Shown piece after piece: positions 58,442 through 64,000 of a stretch of DNA of 64,000 nucleotides. The stretch is from Minisyncoccia bacterium (GTDB lineage: Bacteria; Patescibacteriota; Minisyncoccia; Phycocordibacterales; Phycocordibacteraceae). Every line of letters begins with the position of its first letter. Positions within the stretch are counted from its first letter, which is position 1. The stretch covers positions 1,499 through 65,498 of the forward strand of contig JBGPJZ010000002.1 in the NCBI GenBank assembly GCA_041485695.1, in the 5' to 3' direction. Made by a program: the position numbers and the translations under genes. The notes below the pieces were generated by a model. That model saw nothing but the letters and a program-made list of their open reading frames with translations. It made no database searches and was not told where the DNA came from.

Positions 58442-59026
58442 ATGGCAGATACGAGAATAACGATTCTTCGTCACGGAAACGCCGTGCCGCCTACGGATGA
58501 TTCACATCAAGCCGATATGGCTCGAGCACTCTCCGGCAAAGGCCAGGGGCAAGCCGAGTTGCGTAGGAAGATTCTTGGCAACCCGAAGTTCGACCTCATC
58601 CTTTCGTCGCCAGCGGCCAGGGCGGTCCAAACTGCCCTCATCGTCAGCGATCAGCCCGAAAGTACGGTGCAAAAGATGCATCAGTTGTGTTGGACAGAAG
58701 GATCCGACTTCGCGAAAGCGATTGACGCGATGTTCCGTGAGCTCGGCTACAAGCCGCTCGCGGATTATCGGAAACATCCGCAAGGCCATCTGCTCGACGA
58801 GCAGGCCGGCGAGACGTGGACGTTGTTCCAAGCGTTTCCGTTCAGCGGAAAGTCCGCCCTCATCACCGGACACGCCGTCATGAGCAATGCTCTCGCCTGC
58901 CAAGCCATCGGCGGATACGATCCTTCCGAATGGCGCTACCTGTCGGAAACGTCATTCGGCGAGTGCGAGGGCGTGACTCTCGAGTTCCGTACTGGCGAGT
59001 TCGTCGGGATGGACGTGCACGTGTAA
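58442..59026 (+). CDS. Histidine phosphatase superfamily protein, SixA-like
   Basis: ILRHGNA, RALSGKG, LILSSPAARAVQTA, LITGH. Confidence 0.82.
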   Translation: MADTRITILRHGNAVPPTDDSHQADMARALSGKGQGQAELRRKILGNPKFDLILSSPAARAVQTALIVSDQPESTVQKMHQLCWTEGSDFAKAIDAMFRELGYKPLADYRKHPQGHLLDEQAGETWTLFQAFPFSGKSALITGHAVMSNALACQAIGGYDPSEWRYLSETSFGECEGVTLEFRTGEFVGMDVHV

Positions 59027-59046
59027 GTCGGCAACGACACAGATTA

Positions 59047-59082
59047 AAAGAGGGCTGCCCTAACCGGTGGCCCTTTTGTTTT
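59047..59082 (+). terminator. Terminator after the SixA-like gene
   Basis: AGGGCTGCC-loop-GGTGGCCCT-TTTGTTTT. Confidence 0.65.
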
Positions 59083-59097
59083 ACAAAATAAAAAGAA

Positions 59098-59126
59098 CGC
59101 CCCTGCCGGCAAGACCGGCAGGGGCG
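59098..59126 (-). terminator. Terminator after purQ
   Basis: CGCCCCTGCCGG-loop-CCGGCAGGGGCG with a T-rich tail on the minus strand. Confidence 0.72.
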
Positions 59127-59139
59127 AAACAGCAACCAT

Positions 59140-59928
59140 CTAGAATCGAGAAGCGAACTGAATCGCGTTTTCAAATATCAAAAGCCCGTGAGGTCTCTCG
59201 ATATTTGCCCGGCGCCAATTTGATTGTTGGACTTGATCCACATGCCGTTCTGGGTGCGGCATGATGCCGAGGATATTGCCGGCGGGGTTACAAAGAGCGG
59301 CGATTCCGTGAATAGAACCGTTAGGATTCGCCGGGTACTCGCTTGATTTTGCCCACTTCCCGTCAGCTCGCGCATAACGATACACGACGAGTTTCTCCGC
59401 CTCCACTTGATTGAGCACCATTTTGGTCGCTGCGATCCTCCCCTCGCCGTGGGCAACAGGAACAATGATAAGAGGCGGGGTTCCCTTCGTGTAGACGCAA
59501 GGGCTTTCCTCGCAGACAAGCCACACATCCCGATGCTCGAAGTGAGCTCCGGAATTTATTGCGAGCGTTAGCTCCATCTGCCCAAAGACGAAGCCGGGCA
59601 AAAGCCCTGCCCGGACAAGGACTTGGAACCCATTGCAAATCCCGATGATACCCCTGCCGCTTTCAACAAAGCGCAGTAGTTGATCAACAAGACAGACCAT
59701 GAGCTCATTCGCCAGGATCCTCCCCGACTTCACGTCATCTCCGTAGGAGAACCCGCCGGGGATAATGAGAAGATCGTAGTCCAACAGAGACACCGCACTC
59801 GTCCGTAGTGCATTGATGTGGACGATGTGCGGGTCTCCACCGGCACGTCGGCAGGCATATGCGGTTTCTTCTTCGCAATTGATGCCGTCCGTTTTAAGGA
59901 TACATATTTTAGGCGGCCTCTTTTGCAT
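59140..59928 (-). CDS. purQ: FGAM synthase glutaminase subunit
   Basis: GINCEEET, PGGFSYGD, GICNGFQ, AHGEG, MPHPER; start MQKRPP. Confidence 0.94.
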   Translation of the reverse strand: MQKRPPKICILKTDGINCEEETAYACRRAGGDPHIVHINALRTSAVSLLDYDLLIIPGGFSYGDDVKSGRILANELMVCLVDQLLRFVESGRGIIGICNGFQVLVRAGLLPGFVFGQMELTLAINSGAHFEHRDVWLVCEESPCVYTKGTPPLIIVPVAHGEGRIAATKMVLNQVEAEKLVVYRYARADGKWAKSSEYPANPNGSIHGIAALCNPAGNILGIMPHPERHVDQVQQSNWRRANIERPHGLLIFENAIQFASRF

Positions 59929-62773
59929 GACCGAATACCTCCAACATGGGTTGCTTCCAAATACACCGTAACCGATCTGTCTCAATCGAAAACAGCGTGG
60001 GCGCACTCTCCGAGAGATTTTGCCGACCAATGATTGCGCGACGAGGAGATGTTTTCCCAATCACGCGCACAAGACCCGGCAACTCTTGAACCATACCAAG
60101 ATGCTCGCCCTTTACTTCAAGCAACAAACATCCTGATGTTTCGTTGAAGAATGCGTGACGTGGGTCAGCGTGTAGATGAGACGACACGCCGATTTCTGCC
60201 CCGACATCGCCGCCAAAACACATTTTGGCGAGCGCAGCAGCAAGACCTCCTTCACCGATGCTTTTGGCTGCGAGGATTTTGCCCTCGTTTACCCACCGAT
60301 GCATCGTGTCGAAAACCCTTGGTGCATTTTCGAGATCAGGTTTTGGGAGTCGGTTACCCACATACCCGAGAGTGTCGTAGTACACCGAACCGCCGAGAGC
60401 CCCGATACGTTGGCGACCCAAGAGCAGCAGGTGCGAATCCGAACGTTTGAAATCGGCCGAAACCGTTTTCATCACGTTCGGGATACGACCAAACATAGAA
60501 ACGCAAAGCACGGGAGGGATTTTTATAACCATCCCATGTCCACGATACGTGCTCGATAAGCTGTCTTTCCCAGAAATGAATGGCAGCTTAAAGACGTGCA
60601 TGAGCTTCACGCACGCATCTACGGCCTCGTCTAAGGCCGCAAGCGACTCTTCGTCAGGAAACGGCCAGATGAAGTTGTCGATAAGAAACGCTTCACCCTG
60701 TGCAATCCTGCCGCCTGCCGCTACATAGTTCGACATCGCTTTGACACCTGCCCAAAGGGACCCCCAGTACGGATCGATCCGATTTAAGATCGGATTTAAC
60801 CCTTGACTAAGGACAAGCCCGTAGGGCTTGCCGAGAAGTGGTCGCAAAACCACCGCATCGTTTGGGCAATCATTGAAGACGCCGGTGAAGGGCGCCAAGG
60901 CACTCGTACCCTGAACGCTTTGGTCATAGAGGCGAGCCACCGGTTCGCGTGACGCAACATTGAGGTGCCCCACGACCGCTTCAAAAGAGGCAACGAAATC
61001 TTCCTCTCTATATAGCGGAATCTGCGGTTCAGGGAAGCTTTCGTTTTTGAGTTCTGCTTTCATAACCCGCCGCGGGAGACCGTGATGCACGAATTCCATC
61101 GACAAATCGCACACGATCTCATCGCCATAGCTGACGACGAGTTGGTGGTCGTTCGTGATGACTCCGATTACGGCGGCCTCGACGTTGTAGAGCTTGTATG
61201 TTTCGAGAACCGTAGGGAGGTCTTCGGGTCGAATGATGATCACGTCTCGTTCTTGAGATTCGGATATCCAGATTTCACTTGGTGAAAGCCCGGCGTATTT
61301 GACCGGAACTTTTTTAAGGTCAACCCTGACGCCCGTTTGACTGCCAAGTTCGCTCACGGCACAGCAAAGACCTCCAGCGCCACAGTCGGTCTTTGCTCGG
61401 ATGCAATTCTTGTCACGAATAACCAGATTTGCATCGAACAAACGCTTTTCTTCAATAGCATTGCCGATTTGCACCGCTCCGCTATTGACCAAGCTTGTCC
61501 GATCAGTCGTTTCGCCAGAAGAAAACGTTGCGCCATGAATGCCGTCGCGACCAGTCCTACCGCCAGCAACAATAATGAGATCGCCAGGTTGTGGGACCCC
61601 TTTCTTTGCTCTTGCTGTCGGGAGAATGCCAAACGATCCGACGATTACCACCGCATTTGCGCGGAAGTCATCGTGAAAGTGGGTCGACCCGAGAACGGTG
61701 GGTATACCCATTCGGTTACCGTATCCACCGACGCCAACAACGACGCCTCGATAGACGCTTTCCGGCAATAACACACCGGGTGGCAATCTCTCTGAAGGCG
61801 TCTTAGGTGATGCGAGGCAATACGTCTCCGAAGAAGCGACAACTTTCGCTCCTTCGCCAAGGCATTCATCGTCACGGAGGACTCCCCCTGTCCCGGTAGC
61901 AGCACCACCAACGGGGTCAATGTTGCTCGGCTTGTTGTGCGTTTCTACCTTGCCGCACAGTGACCAGCCTTCGTAGAACTCGCCGGCTCCCGCATTGTCG
62001 ACAAACGCAGACACTACGCCACGGCTGTAGCGTGCAGAGGTTTGTTTGAGTCGCGTCATGAAAGGCGTTTTTCTTTGGCCGTTTCTCATGATTTCAGCAT
62101 TGAAGGTTTTGTGGCAACAATGTTCGCTCCACATCACCCCCGGTGTCTCTAGTTCGATGTCCCTCGGATCACGCCGCAAGACATCGCGGAAGTGCCCTTG
62201 GATCGTGCGCATCTCGTCCAAAGTAAGGAAGAGGGTGTCTTTCGAAAGTGCCCTCAGTGCCTCGTCGTCGAGGTCGCGGATGGGAACGATTGCAGCAGGC
62301 GGAGTCGTCGCGGTTATGATGAGCGTTTTGGGCTCTTCGGTAACCACGTGTTGAACCGCCGCGTTCATCAAGAGCCTGTCCACAACGACCACAACATTTT
62401 TGTTTTCGATGTCACCGAAGAAGTGGTACTCCATGCTTGAGTCTGCGGCGAGCAGAGTACGGAACCCCAAATCACTGCCCATTTTCATGAGCGATGCTGA
62501 TTCAGGGTTCATAATGCCTGGCCGATACGCGACCTCGACAACCGTGGTCGCGCCATTTCTTATGGGCTCGTTCACCATGTAGAATTCGTCCACATCCGCC
62601 AAGCGGCTTGCAAACATCTCTGCATCCGCTTCTGCAAGCCCTTCAAAGCGATAGACTTTTACGGTCTTAACGTCGCTGAAGTTTCCGAGATTGAGGCGTC
62701 GTATATCACGAAGCACCTCTTCACCGCGCGGGTCTTCATGTCCGCGACTTGCGATTCGTATCTTGTGAATCAT
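59909..62773 (-). CDS. purL: FGAM synthase subunit PurL with N-terminal PurS-like extension
   Basis: WSEHCCHK, KVETHNKPS, TGRDGIHG, DCGAGG, SESQER, ISGKDS. Confidence 0.93.
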   Translation of the reverse strand: MIHKIRIASRGHEDPRGEEVLRDIRRLNLGNFSDVKTVKVYRFEGLAEADAEMFASRLADVDEFYMVNEPIRNGATTVVEVAYRPGIMNPESASLMKMGSDLGFRTLLAADSSMEYHFFGDIENKNVVVVVDRLLMNAAVQHVVTEEPKTLIITATTPPAAIVPIRDLDDEALRALSKDTLFLTLDEMRTIQGHFRDVLRRDPRDIELETPGVMWSEHCCHKTFNAEIMRNGQRKTPFMTRLKQTSARYSRGVVSAFVDNAGAGEFYEGWSLCGKVETHNKPSNIDPVGGAATGTGGVLRDDECLGEGAKVVASSETYCLASPKTPSERLPPGVLLPESVYRGVVVGVGGYGNRMGIPTVLGSTHFHDDFRANAVVIVGSFGILPTARAKKGVPQPGDLIIVAGGRTGRDGIHGATFSSGETTDRTSLVNSGAVQIGNAIEEKRLFDANLVIRDKNCIRAKTDCGAGGLCCAVSELGSQTGVRVDLKKVPVKYAGLSPSEIWISESQERDVIIIRPEDLPTVLETYKLYNVEAAVIGVITNDHQLVVSYGDEIVCDLSMEFVHHGLPRRVMKAELKNESFPEPQIPLYREEDFVASFEAVVGHLNVASREPVARLYDQSVQGTSALAPFTGVFNDCPNDAVVLRPLLGKPYGLVLSQGLNPILNRIDPYWGSLWAGVKAMSNYVAAGGRIAQGEAFLIDNFIWPFPDEESLAALDEAVDACVKLMHVFKLPFISGKDSLSSTYRGHGMVIKIPPVLCVSMFGRIPNVMKTVSADFKRSDSHLLLLGRQRIGALGGSVYYDTLGYVGNRLPKPDLENAPRVFDTMHRWVNEGKILAAKSIGEGGLAAALAKMCFGGDVGAEIGVSSHLHADPRHAFFNETSGCLLLEVKGEHLGMVQELPGLVRVIGKTSPRRAIIGRQNLSESAPTLFSIETDRLRCIWKQPMLEVFGHAKEAA

Positions 62774-62902
62774 GTGCTTCCCTTCTCTCTAGAATGGATT
62801 GCCAAAAAACGAATACGCACCCTGAGGTGCGTTCCGTCACAAACCTTACACCTTTTCGAGGTGGTGCGAAAGTGAGCGCTAGGTGCTACTTTGTACGGAC
62901 AC

Positions 62903-62991
62903 GGAGAGGTGGCTGAGCGGCTGAAAGCGGCAGGTTGCTAACTTGCTAAACGGGTAAAACCGTTTCGAGGGTTCGAATCCCTCCCTCTCCG
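62903..62991 (+). tRNA. tRNA-Ser(GCT)
   Basis: GGAGAGG/CCTCTCC acceptor, TTGCTAA loop, long variable arm, GTTCGAATC. Confidence 0.95.
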
Positions 62992-62996
62992 CACAG

Positions 62997-63509
62997 ATGG
63001 AAATTATCCCTGAAAAAGACGTTCATCTTGCGTTTCGCTTAAGCCTTTTCGCGAAGGGCGCGTTCGCTATCGCCGAGATCGTGGGCGGCGTCCTCGCCTA
63101 CTTCGTTTCTCAAGACTTTCTCTACTACCTCGCGTCGACCGTCACGCAAAACGAGCTTACCGAAGACCCGAACGATATCTTGGGGAATTTTCTCTTGCAT
63201 CTCGCGCAAGGTTTCTCGATCGGCGCCCAGCACTTCACGGCGTACTACCTCGTGAGCCACGGGGTCGTGAAGCTCTTTCTCATCGCCGGTCTTTTGAAGC
63301 GAGTCATGTGGGCCTACCCTGCCGCGCTCATCGTCTTCACGCTGTTCATCATCTACCAGCTCTTTCGCTATAGCGTCACGCACTCGCCGTGGCTCATCGT
63401 CATCTCGCTACTCGACCTCATCGTCATCGCCCTCACCTGGCATGAATATCGTTATATGAAAAAGATTGGAAGCGCCCCGGTTACTGATTCGCAAGCCACA
63501 CGCCGATAG
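62997..63509 (+). CDS. DUF2127 family membrane protein
   Basis: AKGAFAIAEIVGG, ELTEDP.D, YLVSHGVVK, WHEYR. Confidence 0.85.
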   Translation: MEIIPEKDVHLAFRLSLFAKGAFAIAEIVGGVLAYFVSQDFLYYLASTVTQNELTEDPNDILGNFLLHLAQGFSIGAQHFTAYYLVSHGVVKLFLIAGLLKRVMWAYPAALIVFTLFIIYQLFRYSVTHSPWLIVISLLDLIVIALTWHEYRYMKKIGSAPVTDSQATRR

Positions 63510-64000
63510 CGACGAGAATTGCGGCGGCGGCCTTTTGTACGAGATTCGGGAGCGAGAGATCCTCGCGGCCGAGGCGCGGGATGAACGTGGTAAGCAAGAT
63601 GCCGAAGAAGAAGACGAATAAGGTCGTCGTCGAAGAGATGGCGGAGATGAGCGCGACAGGGACGAAGAGCGACGCGTAGCGGACGCCGAGCCCGCCGCCG
63701 AGGTTGATGAGCTCATTTGCCGCATTGACGCCGATGACCGGCCCCGGATGCTGTTGGAAGAGTGCGGTGAACTCGCGGAAGTAGGCCGGTACGAGGAGGA
63801 TGCCTACGCCGAAAACCGCTTCGCCGACGAAGGTCCAAAAGATGGTCGCCCAGAAGCTATCTTCGAGCGCGAAGAACTTGAAAAGGACGGCGGCGAGGGC
63901 GAGGATGAAGGTGCACCAGAGCATCCGCATAAGGAGCGGCATCTTGCACCTAAAACAGTCGATAAACGAATCAGCCGATATCGTGAGCGCACCGACGATG
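63481..64000 (-). CDS. EamA/DMT family transporter, C-terminal part (start beyond window)
   Basis: Frame open to the window end; multi-TM, ANELIN...PVALISAI...LGRED. Confidence 0.7.
   Translation of the reverse strand, partial: IVGALTISADSFIDCFRCKMPLLMRMLWCTFILALAAVLFKFFALEDSFWATIFWTFVGEAVFGVGILLVPAYFREFTALFQQHPGPVIGVNAANELINLGGGLGVRYASLFVPVALISAISSTTTLFVFFFGILLTTFIPRLGREDLSLPNLVQKAAAAILVAIGVWLANQ

Noticed and set aside
62821-62902. Possible 78-nt leader before tRNA-Ser (GAGGTG match)
   Set aside because: Only 6 nt match, offset 82, no GYTCRYTC motif; a -10 box lies right before the tRNA. Gln, Thr(CGT) and fMet also lack the leader

Overview
Gene-dense bacterial chromosome segment whose content and style point to a Patescibacteria/CPR (Parcubacteria-like) genome. 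This placement is inferred from the full type IV pilus/ComF locus with no secretin, many apparently leaderless genes and a short RF2. Housekeeping content: typA (partial), pyrG, ftsEX, prfB, gatAC, ligA, purL/purQ, several ABC transporters, an ApbE/FMN-binding/RnfD-FNR flavinylation module and seven tRNA genes. Three things stand out. (1) At 50181-59026, a three-gene operon encodes one ATP-grasp (PEP-synthase/PPDK N-terminal) domain and five phospho-His swivel domains, one fused to an XRE HTH. It is divergent from a SixA-like phosphohistidine phosphatase and convergent with an LMW phosphatase, so it is a candidate undescribed phospho-His relay or regulatory system. (2) Three different tRNA genes each carry an exactly 78-nt structured leader that begins with a copy of that tRNA's own first 9 nt. 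(3) At 18886-27662, a PaaK-like ligase + ThiF + nitroreductase + methyltransferase + 7TM histidine kinase cluster looks like a small-molecule synthesis-and-sensing locus. Palindromic in-frame insertions in prfB and gatA, and parallel loss of Zn-finger cysteines in LigA, PilB and ComF, are also visible. All family calls come from motif recognition by eye; no database searches were run.
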